Positions 30,342 through 40,577 of a stretch of DNA of 64,000 nucleotides are shown piece by piece. The notes below the pieces were generated by a model. That model was not told where the DNA came from. It saw only the letters and a program-made list of their open reading frames with translations, and searched no databases. Each line of letters opens with the position of its first letter. Position 1 is the stretch's first letter. Origin of the DNA: a virus. The DNA is taken from the IMG/VR virus record IMGVR_UViG_3300032050_009888, positions 12,428 to 76,427 of that record, one strand, 5' to 3'. Both the position numbers and the translations under genes were made by a program.

Positions 30342-31067
30342 ATGGACGCAATTAAAAATTTTCCAACAGAAGTTATTGAATTACCTTCAAAAGGTCTAGT
30401 ATACTCAGAATCAAATCCTTTATCAAGCGGCAAAGTTGAAATGAAATATATGACCGCTAAAGAAGAAGATATTCTTACAAATCAATCATATATTCAAAAA
30501 GGTATTGTATTAGATAAATTATTACAAGCTTTAATTGTGTCTAAAATTGATTATAATGATTTAATTATAGGAGATAAAAATGCTATTATGGTGGCAGCTC
30601 GTGTATTAGGTTATGGTAAAGATTATAGTTTTGAATATAATGGCTCAGACTACACAGTCGATTTATCTAAAATAGATAATAAACCTTTTGAAATTCAAAA
30701 TAAAGGAGTTAATGAATTTAATTATACTTTACCATCAACAAATACAAACATCACTTATAAAATCTTAACTCATGGTGATGAACAAAAGATACAAGCCGAA
30801 ATTGATGGTCTTAAAAAAATAAATAAAAACGCTTCCCCAGATCTTTCAACACGATTAAAATATATGATCACATCAGTTGGGGGAGATCGAGATCCTAAAA
30901 CAATACGAGAGTTTGTAGATAATTATCTATTAGCTCGAGATTCAAGAGAATTAAGAAAACATATTAGAGATACTCAACCCGATGTAGATCTAACTTTTTT
31001 TCCCGATGGGAGTGAAAACCGAATCGACATTCCTGTCGGAGTTAAGTTTTTTTGGCCTGACTTCTGA
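30342..31067 (+). CDS. Tail/baseplate hub assembly chaperone (T4 gp26-like)
   Basis: ELPSKG, MTAKEEDIL, ARVLGYG; ends FFWP; lies between tube and tape measure. Confidence 0.75.
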   Translation: MDAIKNFPTEVIELPSKGLVYSESNPLSSGKVEMKYMTAKEEDILTNQSYIQKGIVLDKLLQALIVSKIDYNDLIIGDKNAIMVAARVLGYGKDYSFEYNGSDYTVDLSKIDNKPFEIQNKGVNEFNYTLPSTNTNITYKILTHGDEQKIQAEIDGLKKINKNASPDLSTRLKYMITSVGGDRDPKTIREFVDNYLLARDSRELRKHIRDTQPDVDLTFFPDGSENRIDIPVGVKFFWPDF

Positions 31068-31368
31068 GACCGCGCCTCTATATAGAGTCAATCTATTCAC
31101 CCTAATCCATGAAATAGTATTCCATGGAAAGGGTGGGTATGATTGGGAAACCATTTACAACATGCCTAGGTGGTTACGCCAGTTTACTTATAATAAAATA
31201 AACGATTACTATAAAAGAGAAGCAGAAGAATATGAAAATGCTAAAAGTAAAGGTGACAATAAATCAACACTAGTTGATCCATCAGGTAAAATAAATAAAG
31301 AAGCATTTAGAGAAGCTTCACCTAAATCTACATCTGGACCTCAATCATCTAAAGTAAAATATAAATAA
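31048..31368 (+). CDS. gp51-like segment, probably expressed as a +1 frameshift extension of the 30342 gene
   Basis: YDWETIYNMPRWLR resembles the gp51/gpGT-type tail. It overlaps the upstream gene at a T7 run (31047-31053). Confidence 0.6.
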   Translation, partial: FFGLTSETAPLYRVNLFTLIHEIVFHGKGGYDWETIYNMPRWLRQFTYNKINDYYKREAEEYENAKSKGDNKSTLVDPSGKINKEAFREASPKSTSGPQSSKVKYK

Positions 31369-31410
31369 AAATTATATTTTTCAATATTTATAACATATAT
31401 ACTTTAGTAA

Positions 31411-33750
31411 ATGGCCCCAGATCCAAATGAAATAAATAGAAAAATCCAGGAAGAAATAAATAAACTTACTGGACAGACTAAAAGAAATTGGCAAGATATA
31501 TATGATACCTTAAGGAATTCAGGAGCTAGTCTTGATCAAATGCAAGATTTACTTGAAAGTGTAGAGGATTTAGTTGATAAAATAAGAGGAAGTTTAGATT
31601 ATACTGCTAGTGCTTTTAGAAATATTGTTAAAGAAATACAAATAGGTAATAAAGCTTTACAATTCCAAGAAACTCTTATATCTAGAGCTAATACTGTAGC
31701 TAGACAAACTTTAGAAATAAGAAAAGGCGACACTTTTGCTAGCGCCTCTAAAATACAAAGCCTTCAACGAGAATCCCAATTAAATTTAGATCAATTAAAG
31801 TCTCTTAGAGACTCAGGAAAATTACAAGGAGATCAATTAACTCTTATTGATGAACAAATAAGTGGATTAGAAACTGTAATTAAAGAACTTGAAGATATTG
31901 ATGATAATAATAAAAAAATAAATAAAGGATTTATAGGAACTGTCCCTGCTTTAGCTAAAATGTTTTCTAATGTAGGGATAGTAGGTAATTCTTTAACAGA
32001 AGCATATCAAACAACAGTACAATTAGGTCAAGGAGCTTTAGCAGCTGGGGTTGAATTTAATACTATGGGTACTTTTACCCAAGCGTTTGGATCACAGCTT
32101 AAAGAAGCTTTAGGTCCTATGGCTTTACTAATTATGCTTGTTGAACAACTTAAAGATGCATTTTTAGTAGCTGATACATCTACTGGTGATTTAGCTAAAG
32201 ATTTTAATATAACATATGATGCTGCTGCTGGTGTAAGACAAGAACTTATAGAAATAGGTAATTTATCTGGTGACGCAGCTTTAACTTCTAAAAAATTACA
32301 AGAATCAACTGTAGCAATAGGTAAAGCTTTAGGTTCTAATGCTATTTTAAATGAAAAAGATTTAGTCTTTATGACTAAAATGCGAGAGCAAGCTGGTTTC
32401 ACCAATGATGAGTTGGTAGAAATGCAAAAATATACTTTAGCAACCGGAGGTAATTTAGAAGAAAACACTAAAAATTTAATGTTTGCTGCCAAAACAACAG
32501 CATTAAATAATGGTGTTTTACTAAATGAAAAAGACATAATGCGAGATATAGCTAAAACCTCTGACGCTGTTAAATTATCAATAGCAGGAGGAGCAACAGC
32601 ATTAGGTAGAGCTGCAGCACAGGCTAAAGTTTTTGGAATGAATCTAGACCAATTAAATAATATAGCAGGCGGTTTGATGGATTTTGAATCATCAATTAGT
32701 GCTGAATTAGAAGCACAACTTTTAACAGGTAAAGATATCAATTTAGAGCAAGCTCGCTTATATGCTTTAAATAATGATATGGAGGGATTATCCAAAGAAA
32801 TAGCTAAAAACTATGGCAGTGTAGAACAATTCAGTAAAATGAATAGACTACAGCAAGAAGCAACAGCTAAAGCTGTAGGTATGTCTCGTGAAGAGTTAGC
32901 TAAAACCTTAACTGATGCTGAAGCGTTAAAAGGAATATCAGGTGACCAAGCTAAAAATGCTCAAGCTGCTTTAAATGCTGCTAGAGCTAGAGGAATGTCT
33001 GAAGAAGAAATAGCTCAAACTGGGGTTGATAATCTAATGAAACAACAAGATCTTCAACAACGATTTAATCAATCTGTTGAAAAATTAAAAGAAATATTTG
33101 TTTCTATAGCTGAACCTATTTTAAAAATAGTCTCACCTCTAGCGGATTTAGTATCAACAGTTCTCCCAGCTATTAATTTACTTTTATCTCCATTAGTTGA
33201 AGGGTTTAATTTAATATCACAAGCTGTTGGTGCTTTTGTTGGGGGTTTAAAAGAAGGTAATCCTTTAGCTTTAACTTTAGCAGGAACAATGGCTTTAATA
33301 GCTTCCCGATCTATTATAGCTGCTATAAGTGGAATATGGCTTGCTCTTTCTAAAATACCTCTTGGTGTAGGATTAGCTTTAGCTGGTACAGCAACAGCTG
33401 GATTTATTAGTATGTTGGCTAAAGGTAAAACCGCTATGCCTGTTGGAGATATGTATAGTCCTCCTGATGGAAAAACACAAGTTTCAACTAAAGAAGGAGG
33501 ATTATTTGAATTAAGTAAAAATGATACTTTAATAGCAGGACCTATTAGAGATAGATCAAATAATCAACAAGGAAGAGGTAATGAAGTTGGAGAAAATCTC
33601 GCGGTGAGAGAATTACAAGAAATAAAAAGTATATTAAAAAGAACATATGATTTAGAAAAATCTTCAAAATCAACAATAAGCGGAACTGATGAATTATCAA
33701 CGGATAAACGTGGAACAAAAGCAAATGTTAATACTTACAAACTTCAATAA
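31411..33750 (+). CDS. Tape measure protein
   Basis: Long Ala/Leu/Gln-rich helical protein with hydrophobic C-terminal segments, located after the chaperone pair. Confidence 0.82.
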   Translation: MAPDPNEINRKIQEEINKLTGQTKRNWQDIYDTLRNSGASLDQMQDLLESVEDLVDKIRGSLDYTASAFRNIVKEIQIGNKALQFQETLISRANTVARQTLEIRKGDTFASASKIQSLQRESQLNLDQLKSLRDSGKLQGDQLTLIDEQISGLETVIKELEDIDDNNKKINKGFIGTVPALAKMFSNVGIVGNSLTEAYQTTVQLGQGALAAGVEFNTMGTFTQAFGSQLKEALGPMALLIMLVEQLKDAFLVADTSTGDLAKDFNITYDAAAGVRQELIEIGNLSGDAALTSKKLQESTVAIGKALGSNAILNEKDLVFMTKMREQAGFTNDELVEMQKYTLATGGNLEENTKNLMFAAKTTALNNGVLLNEKDIMRDIAKTSDAVKLSIAGGATALGRAAAQAKVFGMNLDQLNNIAGGLMDFESSISAELEAQLLTGKDINLEQARLYALNNDMEGLSKEIAKNYGSVEQFSKMNRLQQEATAKAVGMSREELAKTLTDAEALKGISGDQAKNAQAALNAARARGMSEEEIAQTGVDNLMKQQDLQQRFNQSVEKLKEIFVSIAEPILKIVSPLADLVSTVLPAINLLLSPLVEGFNLISQAVGAFVGGLKEGNPLALTLAGTMALIASRSIIAAISGIWLALSKIPLGVGLALAGTATAGFISMLAKGKTAMPVGDMYSPPDGKTQVSTKEGGLFELSKNDTLIAGPIRDRSNNQQGRGNEVGENLAVRELQEIKSILKRTYDLEKSSKSTISGTDELSTDKRGTKANVNTYKLQ

Positions 33751-33786
33751 ATAATCATATTTATAATAAATTAAACCCTAATAAAC

Positions 33787-34074
33787 ATGCCAGGACTTCG
33801 CGATAAATTAGCAACTGATGGTTCCGTATTATCATACGGAAATGGTCAAACTCCAAACACAAATCCAGGAGCAACCCAACAATCTAAACTTCATGCTGAT
33901 GGTAATCAAGCAGGATACTCATTAAATGGATCAGATTTTACTGATGTAAATGGTGCTTTTCAAGCCTATAATGATGGAACAAATAATGTTCTTCCTATGC
34001 CATCACAATTAGATTTAGATGGTCAAAAACCATCATCATACTCAGATAATGGACCTCTTGAAGGCCGTTACTAA
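33787..34074 (+). CDS. Small virion/baseplate protein
   Basis: Late motif upstream; PSQLDLDG motif. Confidence 0.55.
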   Translation: MPGLRDKLATDGSVLSYGNGQTPNTNPGATQQSKLHADGNQAGYSLNGSDFTDVNGAFQAYNDGTNNVLPMPSQLDLDGQKPSSYSDNGPLEGRY

Positions 34075-34084
34075 AATTTAAAAT

Positions 34085-36163
34085 ATGGCTTTACTAGATC
34101 TTAAAACAGATTTAAAAGATTTAAAATTTGGTAATGATGAACGCGGTGGAGGAAATAGTGGGCAACCTTACGTCGCTACTAGAATCCCAGCTACTAACGA
34201 AGCTCTCCAAACTGGATTTTCTGGAGCAACTCTCCCTCTTTTAGGAGCGGGAGCTGGAGCAGCTGTAGGTGCTATTGGTGGATCTATTTTAGGAGCATCA
34301 GGTACAGGAGCTATAATAGGAGCAGCGGCTGGATTAGGAGCAGGTTTAATAGCTGGAAACCAACAAGGTGATTCATTTAGAATACCTACAGCTGGTACTG
34401 GTGGTCCTGATTTTTTAGTTCGAGGAGGTACTTTATTACCTAATATTATAGTAAATGATGAAATTCGTTTAGCTAAATTTTTTGCTAGTACTGAGGGACT
34501 TTTATTTACAGTTAAACAAAATCTTTTATCAAGATTAGCAGTTAAGACTCAAGTTAGTCCAAAATTATTAAATGGAGATGTTTATACTCCTCTTAGCTCT
34601 TTAATTGAGGCAGCTGGTATTCCGTTTGGAATTCATGTTAATAAACAAGGTTTAAACCCATTTGAAGAAACAGGAGCATATTCTACTAATCAAAGTTTAT
34701 ATGGAGTTAAGATTAATTCAACACAACCCCAAAAAGAAAACAGATTAGTAGAATTATATGGAGCAAAATTCTTATACGCCAACTCAAATAATGCAATCCC
34801 AGAAGTATTCTTACAAAATAATATTTCTCCTGATCCTCTTAATATTCTTTCCTACTCAGGAGGGCCAGATTCTCCTTTAGGTATAGGTAAAACTCAAATA
34901 AGAGCAGCTAATAATTTAGTTTTTAAATTAAACGCAGATAAACAACTTCAAAGACCAAATATTAATTATTTAACATTTGATTATTGGGATTTAAATACAG
35001 AATTAGGTAATACTGATGATGCCGCGACTGTATTTAGTGTTATTCAACAATCAACCCGCTCTGGTCCAAATGCAAGTTTAGGAGCTGTATCAAACGCACT
35101 TCCTGCAGAACTTCCTACTGTTAACGTATTTGCAGCTGGAGCAGAAGGAGAGTTAAATAATCCTAGAAATGTTAAATCATATATTCCTTCTAGTAAACAA
35201 ATAGATTTTAGAAAACCTTTATTAAGAAAGATTATCGACAACAAGGCAACCAATACACTTATATCTAAAGCTCCTTTATACAACCCAGGTTATGGGGCTA
35301 CTATAGAACAAAGAACAAATCTAGGTGACCCAGGAAATGCTACAGATAAAGATGTAACTAGTTATACTAATGGAACATATTCAGGAGCTGCTTCTAAAAA
35401 TTCTTTTGATAAAATAAATGCTTTACCAATATATAAAAAAGACAAACCAGCAGAAATAGGAAATGATTTAATTAATTTTAGAATAGGAGTTATAGATATA
35501 GATAAACCTGGTGGAGATAAAACATATATTCATTTTAGAGCTTTTTTAGATCAAATATCAGATAGTTACACATCTGATTGGAATTCTATAAAATATTTAG
35601 GAAGAGGAGAAAATTTTTATAATTATCAGGGTTTTGATAGAAAAGTTTCATTATCTTGGACAGTAGCAGCTCAATCAAAAGTTGAGTTAATACCTATGTA
35701 TAAAAAATTAAATTATTTAGCTTCTCTTTGCACCCCAGATTATAGTGCTTTTGGATATATGAGAGGAAATATAGTCACATTAACTATCGGAGGATATTTT
35801 TATGAACAACCAGGAATAATAACTGGGTTAAGTTATGAAATGAATGACGAAAATTCTTCTTGGGAGATAGCTATAAATGATGAAGGAAATCCTGACCCTA
35901 GTGTTAAACAATTACCTCATTTAATTAAAGTTAGAGGATTTGAATTTATTCCAATTCATCCATTTATCCCAAGAAAACAAGTAAATACACTTAACTTTGA
36001 CCCAACCCAACCTAACATTTTAGAATCAGGAAATAATAAAAACATATACGGAGATCAAAGATATATAGCTTTAGTAGATGGTACAAAGGTTTCAAATTAT
36101 GGAGATGCAAATTCTAACCCTACTCCACCACCCACTCCTTTAAATACTCCTCGTTATGCATAA
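34085..36163 (+). CDS. Baseplate/tube-initiator-like protein with an N-terminal glycine-zipper segment
   Basis: C-terminal FRAFL...YLGRGENFYNYQGFDR...LNYLAS...LTIG; synteny after the tape measure. Confidence 0.6.
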   Translation: MALLDLKTDLKDLKFGNDERGGGNSGQPYVATRIPATNEALQTGFSGATLPLLGAGAGAAVGAIGGSILGASGTGAIIGAAAGLGAGLIAGNQQGDSFRIPTAGTGGPDFLVRGGTLLPNIIVNDEIRLAKFFASTEGLLFTVKQNLLSRLAVKTQVSPKLLNGDVYTPLSSLIEAAGIPFGIHVNKQGLNPFEETGAYSTNQSLYGVKINSTQPQKENRLVELYGAKFLYANSNNAIPEVFLQNNISPDPLNILSYSGGPDSPLGIGKTQIRAANNLVFKLNADKQLQRPNINYLTFDYWDLNTELGNTDDAATVFSVIQQSTRSGPNASLGAVSNALPAELPTVNVFAAGAEGELNNPRNVKSYIPSSKQIDFRKPLLRKIIDNKATNTLISKAPLYNPGYGATIEQRTNLGDPGNATDKDVTSYTNGTYSGAASKNSFDKINALPIYKKDKPAEIGNDLINFRIGVIDIDKPGGDKTYIHFRAFLDQISDSYTSDWNSIKYLGRGENFYNYQGFDRKVSLSWTVAAQSKVELIPMYKKLNYLASLCTPDYSAFGYMRGNIVTLTIGGYFYEQPGIITGLSYEMNDENSSWEIAINDEGNPDPSVKQLPHLIKVRGFEFIPIHPFIPRKQVNTLNFDPTQPNILESGNNKNIYGDQRYIALVDGTKVSNYGDANSNPTPPPTPLNTPRYA

Positions 36164-36178
36164 TACTAAAATATAATC

Positions 36179-36526
36179 ATGAATCGTTATTTAGGTATAC
36201 CAATTATAAATGTTGATAACAAAAAATGTTATCAAACCTCTCGTTATCCTGAGATCCCATTGTCAGATCAAGATATATATGTTTATACAACTCAAGGGGA
36301 TAGATTTGATACATTAGCTAATCAATATTATGGAGACCAATCTTATTGGTGGATAATATCTATAGCTAACACTGCTATAGCTGGAACTGATTTACCAACA
36401 GACCTACCTCAAGATTCTTTACTTATACCTGAAGGATCACAAATACGAATCCCAGCACCCGGAAATTTTGGAACATCATTTCCTGTTAGTGCAATTAATA
36501 GTTATGAAAATTTTAATAAAACATAA
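36179..36526 (+). CDS. LysM-like baseplate wedge protein (gp53/tail X-like)
   Basis: GDRFDTLANQYYGDQSYWWIISIAN...GSQIRIP. Confidence 0.8.
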   Translation: MNRYLGIPIINVDNKKCYQTSRYPEIPLSDQDIYVYTTQGDRFDTLANQYYGDQSYWWIISIANTAIAGTDLPTDLPQDSLLIPEGSQIRIPAPGNFGTSFPVSAINSYENFNKT

Positions 36527-36528
36527 AA

Positions 36529-39500
36529 ATGAATATTTTTGGTGAAGGTTTTCCTAGTGAAATTGACAGTCAGATTTTACAAAGACAAAAAATCTATGGT
36601 AGAGGGTTTTCAGGATCTTTTGCTAGATCTTTAGATGATATAACTTATTTAAATTCTAAAACTTCTTGGTGCTCATTAACATCTGGGGTTGATATTTCTT
36701 CTTCGATTTCTATAAATAATCCAACTATAAAAAGTTTAGGACTTAATGGTCCTGACTTAGCTAAAAAGTTTGTTTTATTTAACGGAACTTCTGAATACCC
36801 AAATGGAATAGATAATCAAAGATCAGGAATCACAGATTCTACTAGTATTTATGGAAACAAAAATGGAATATCAAACGCAGCTTATGGTATAGGAGGAACA
36901 GAATTTGGTATAAATCCTATGATGGGTATAACATCAGCTAATATAAAACATGAAAACAGAGGTTCATTAAAGCGAGCTACAGTTAATATAAAAGTATGGA
37001 ATAAATATCAATTTGAAATAATTGATTCTTTATATTTACGTGTAGGAATGAGTGTTCTTTTAGAATGGGGACATACTTTAGTAGTTGATAATTCTGGAAA
37101 TTTAATTACATGGGGAAACGGTTCTCCTTATAAAAGTTTATCTAATTCATTTTTAACTAATGGAGGAGTAAATAATTGGGAAGATTGGTTACTTTCTATA
37201 TATAATAAAAGATTAGCGACTCATGGGAATTATGATGGTATGTTAGCTAAAGTATCTAATTTTAAATGGGCATTTAATCCCGATGGTAGTTATGATGTCA
37301 CTGTATTTTTAGTTAGCGAAGGAGATGTTATAGAATCTTTAAAAACAAATATTCTAACCTCCTCCCCAGGAACTACTCCTGATCCAAAACGCCAAGCTTC
37401 TGATGCTACATCTAGAAAAGATGCAATTGATGAAGATATTTCAGGAGATATTATAACTGCTTTTGCTTTTAATAGCAATATAGGAAATTTTCTATATATG
37501 TGTAAACAATTTGTAGATGATGTTCCTAAATTTGGAGGTGATCAACTTAATATACAATCATTCATAGGATTATCTTCATATAATATAATAGAAGCTACAT
37601 GGATTAACCCTAGTAATCAAACCCAACTCACATCCCGTAATAATTTAATAAATGATCCTATTAAAGGATGTATTCCTTTTGATATAAATAAATGGGAAGA
37701 TAAAGACCAACATGACATTATAAAATGTGTTTTTGATGATTTAGGAGGATCTGGTTTATTTACAAATGGTCAAATAGATGATAAAAGATATTATATTAGA
37801 CTAGGAGCTTTTTTAAGATTTTTAGAATTATATGTTGTACCAACTAAATACACTAAAAGTAATAAACCAAGTAAATTGTTACAATTTGATTGGGATATAA
37901 ATACTAATCTTTTTATTCTACATCCTCTTCAAACCCATTCTGACCCTAGAATATGTTTAATAAATAGAGATATAACATTAGAATTACCTCCAGTCCTTGG
38001 CTCCTCAGTTACACGTGATTATATATTTGGGATGCCTAATAATATAAGAAAAAATCCTATTGTTAATCAAACTGTTACTTCTTATGTTCGTACAAATGAT
38101 GCCAAAGCTGCTAATGAAGAAATTACTTATGGTAATATTATGAACATATATTTAGATACTACTTTTATTTTAAAAACATTAAATGAAAAACAAAATGATA
38201 AAGGTGAAATAGTATTAATTGATTTTTTAAAAAGTTTATTAGGTGGTATTAATGGAGGACTAGGTGGTATTAATGATTTTGATGTATTTTATGATGAAAC
38301 TCAAAATTATATCAAAATAATTGATAAAAATCCTTTACCTTATCTTAATAAAGTAATAACTGCTATTAATAGTAATTTTCCTACTAGTTTTAAATTTAAT
38401 CATAATAAATCTTATAATGATCCATCCAATAATTCCACATTACAAGTTTATGGATATAATGGTGATCAAGCAGGATTTGTGAACGATCTCTCTCTAACCA
38501 CAGAATTATCACCCCAGTTTTCAACTATGATAACTGTGGGAGCAGCAGCAAGAGGTTCTGTTGTTGGAGAAAATGATACTGCTATATCTAAATTAAATTA
38601 TGGTTTTGAAGATAGATATAAACTTACTATATCAAATAGTCCAAATGATCCAACTTCACCTTATGATTCTGCGGACTTGATTAAAAGAGAAGAAGAATAC
38701 AGTAATATGTACATAGATTATAAAAACTTCTTAATAAAATTAAGTGAAGGATACCCACCACAAGGAACTAATGAAAATAGAAGAATAGTTATAGCTAAAA
38801 GTGATGATATTGATAATTTTAAAACAACATTATCTAATTTAATTCAGAAAGAAGTAGAGCTTGAAAAAGCAAGAGACGCAATTAATGGAACCAATGATGG
38901 GGGAACATCTCAAGGCACTGGATTTATTCCTTTTAATTTAAGTTTAACATTAGACGGAATATCAGGTATAAAAATTAACCAACAATTTTTGTTAGATACT
39001 AGTTATCTTCCAACTAATTATCCTGAGACTATGACTTTTTTAATAAAGAATTTATCTCATGAACTTAGTAATAATAGATGGGTTACAAAAATAGAAACAT
39101 ATGCCATATCTAAACAAAAAGGAACTCCGGTTAAAACTCGTGTAAGAGTAGCCCCACCACCAACCTCAACTCCCCAACCAACACCCACACCAACTCCTAC
39201 CCCAACTCCTACCCCAACTACACCTACATCAACTCCTAAATTAAGAAAAGCAGTTAAAGACCAAACTGATTGGACATATGCTAATTTCTCTCCCCCAGGT
39301 AGGGGTACCTACTTATGTGCTGGTTGGACATGGAATATAGGTAAAAAAATAAAAAATTATATAGATACTAACAGTTCTAACCCTATCCCATACTCTTGGA
39401 GTGGAGGAGGAGATGCTGAAAGTGTATTATTAAGAACAAATCTTAAAAATAATGGGCTGTGGGATGAAATATACTTAGGAGAAGCACCAGGCAACAACAT

Positions 39501-39792
39501 AAAAAATATAATAGACTCTCAATCTTGGAATTTAGGAGATGTAGCTATATATTTTTCATCTTATATAACATCTAACCCTCAACCTGGTGATCCAAAAAGA
39601 TTTACATTTAGACATGCCCAAATCTTTACAGGAGATATTTATAAAGGAACAACTTGGCTAGGAAAAGGATGGGGAGGATGGACATCTGATAGAAAAACAA
39701 ACTTTGGTACCTCATATGTATATGGAAATAGAGGAAATGGTTATACTTTTAAAATTTGGAGATACGCTGTTAAACCTGGATATTTAATATAA
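36529..39792 (+). CDS. Baseplate hub-like protein with a PT linker and a C-terminal CHAP/NlpC-P60-like amidase
   Basis: Hub-like IPFNLSLTLDGISG...SHE...WVTKI; (PT)n linker; then CAG...GDVAIY...HAQIF...WTSD. Confidence 0.65.
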   Translation: MNIFGEGFPSEIDSQILQRQKIYGRGFSGSFARSLDDITYLNSKTSWCSLTSGVDISSSISINNPTIKSLGLNGPDLAKKFVLFNGTSEYPNGIDNQRSGITDSTSIYGNKNGISNAAYGIGGTEFGINPMMGITSANIKHENRGSLKRATVNIKVWNKYQFEIIDSLYLRVGMSVLLEWGHTLVVDNSGNLITWGNGSPYKSLSNSFLTNGGVNNWEDWLLSIYNKRLATHGNYDGMLAKVSNFKWAFNPDGSYDVTVFLVSEGDVIESLKTNILTSSPGTTPDPKRQASDATSRKDAIDEDISGDIITAFAFNSNIGNFLYMCKQFVDDVPKFGGDQLNIQSFIGLSSYNIIEATWINPSNQTQLTSRNNLINDPIKGCIPFDINKWEDKDQHDIIKCVFDDLGGSGLFTNGQIDDKRYYIRLGAFLRFLELYVVPTKYTKSNKPSKLLQFDWDINTNLFILHPLQTHSDPRICLINRDITLELPPVLGSSVTRDYIFGMPNNIRKNPIVNQTVTSYVRTNDAKAANEEITYGNIMNIYLDTTFILKTLNEKQNDKGEIVLIDFLKSLLGGINGGLGGINDFDVFYDETQNYIKIIDKNPLPYLNKVITAINSNFPTSFKFNHNKSYNDPSNNSTLQVYGYNGDQAGFVNDLSLTTELSPQFSTMITVGAAARGSVVGENDTAISKLNYGFEDRYKLTISNSPNDPTSPYDSADLIKREEEYSNMYIDYKNFLIKLSEGYPPQGTNENRRIVIAKSDDIDNFKTTLSNLIQKEVELEKARDAINGTNDGGTSQGTGFIPFNLSLTLDGISGIKINQQFLLDTSYLPTNYPETMTFLIKNLSHELSNNRWVTKIETYAISKQKGTPVKTRVRVAPPPTSTPQPTPTPTPTPTPTPTTPTSTPKLRKAVKDQTDWTYANFSPPGRGTYLCAGWTWNIGKKIKNYIDTNSSNPIPYSWSGGGDAESVLLRTNLKNNGLWDEIYLGEAPGNNIKNIIDSQSWNLGDVAIYFSSYITSNPQPGDPKRFTFRHAQIFTGDIYKGTTWLGKGWGGWTSDRKTNFGTSYVYGNRGNGYTFKIWRYAVKPGYLI
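39151..39237 (+). repeat. Pro-Thr low-complexity linker
   Basis: APPPTSTPQPTPTPTPTPTPTPTTPTSTP; C-rich DNA with CCAACTCCTACC units. Confidence 0.85.
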
Positions 39793-39798
39793 TATAAA

Positions 39799-40452
39799 AT
39801 GTACTATCCTTTATCCCAAATAATAACAAATCTGTATACAAATGGATCAGAGTTTAGTATAGCTCCTGATGGAAATGAAAATACTATTTATATTGGATAT
39901 TATTGGAAAACCTCTAAAGGAGATTTTTTCACAGGTAGAACCCCAGATGATTCACCTATAGTAAAGTTATATCCTTTAGCTTTAAATCCTATAAAAGAAA
40001 ATAATATACTACCTTTAGCAAAAGATAACATTAGTGTTAATTTTTTAACTGAAGAAATTTTTCCTGAAGATGCTATTATAAATGATAATCTTTTAACTTA
40101 TGTTAAGATATCTAATTTTAATAACTCTAAACCTCAATTGCCTTACTACTCAATTACTTTACCATCAGATAAAGATTATCAAACAGGAGAATTTATAAGA
40201 TTTTTTTGTAAGAAAGCTAATGAAAATAATTATATAGAAATAGATAAAGAGTATTATAATAAATTAGTTAAAAACGATCGATCTGTAACATTTGAGTATT
40301 ATATACCTTTTAATATATCTTGGCGATTAACTGGTGATAAAGAACAAGTATATAAAGTAAATAAAAATGTAGTTGAATTAACTATGAAACAACAAAAATT
40401 ACCTATGTTTGATTTATATATTAAAAAAGATTATACAAAATATTATAAGTAA
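39799..40452 (+). CDS. Hypothetical baseplate-region protein
   Basis: MYYP...LYTNG...YIGYY...FFTG; last gene of the structural block. Confidence 0.6.
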   Translation: MYYPLSQIITNLYTNGSEFSIAPDGNENTIYIGYYWKTSKGDFFTGRTPDDSPIVKLYPLALNPIKENNILPLAKDNISVNFLTEEIFPEDAIINDNLLTYVKISNFNNSKPQLPYYSITLPSDKDYQTGEFIRFFCKKANENNYIEIDKEYYNKLVKNDRSVTFEYYIPFNISWRLTGDKEQVYKVNKNVVELTMKQQKLPMFDLYIKKDYTKYYK

Positions 40453-40453
40453 T

Positions 40454-40520
40454 ACGGCTTAGGACCCGTTATAGCTTCGGCTATCAAGCATCTCGAATTC
40501 GCTACTCGAGATGCTTTTTT
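40454..40520 (+). ncRNA. Three-hairpin RNA ending in an intrinsic terminator
   Basis: ACGG-cttaggac-CCGT; ATAGC-ttcg-GCTAT; AAGCATCTCGA-attcgctac-TCGAGATGCTT followed by a T-run. Confidence 0.55.
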
Positions 40521-40577
40521 AATTTAATTTGGCTTTTTAAAAATATTTTATTATATTAATATCAACAAATAAAGGTT

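Noticed and set aside
31041-31056. Canonical -1 frameshift at G TTT TTT
   Set aside because: The downstream ORF is in the +1 (equivalent to -2) frame, so a -1 slip would not reach it.
38240-38275. Short direct repeat TAGGTGGTATTAATG
   Set aside because: An in-frame GGIN duplication in coding sequence with no sign of a separate function.
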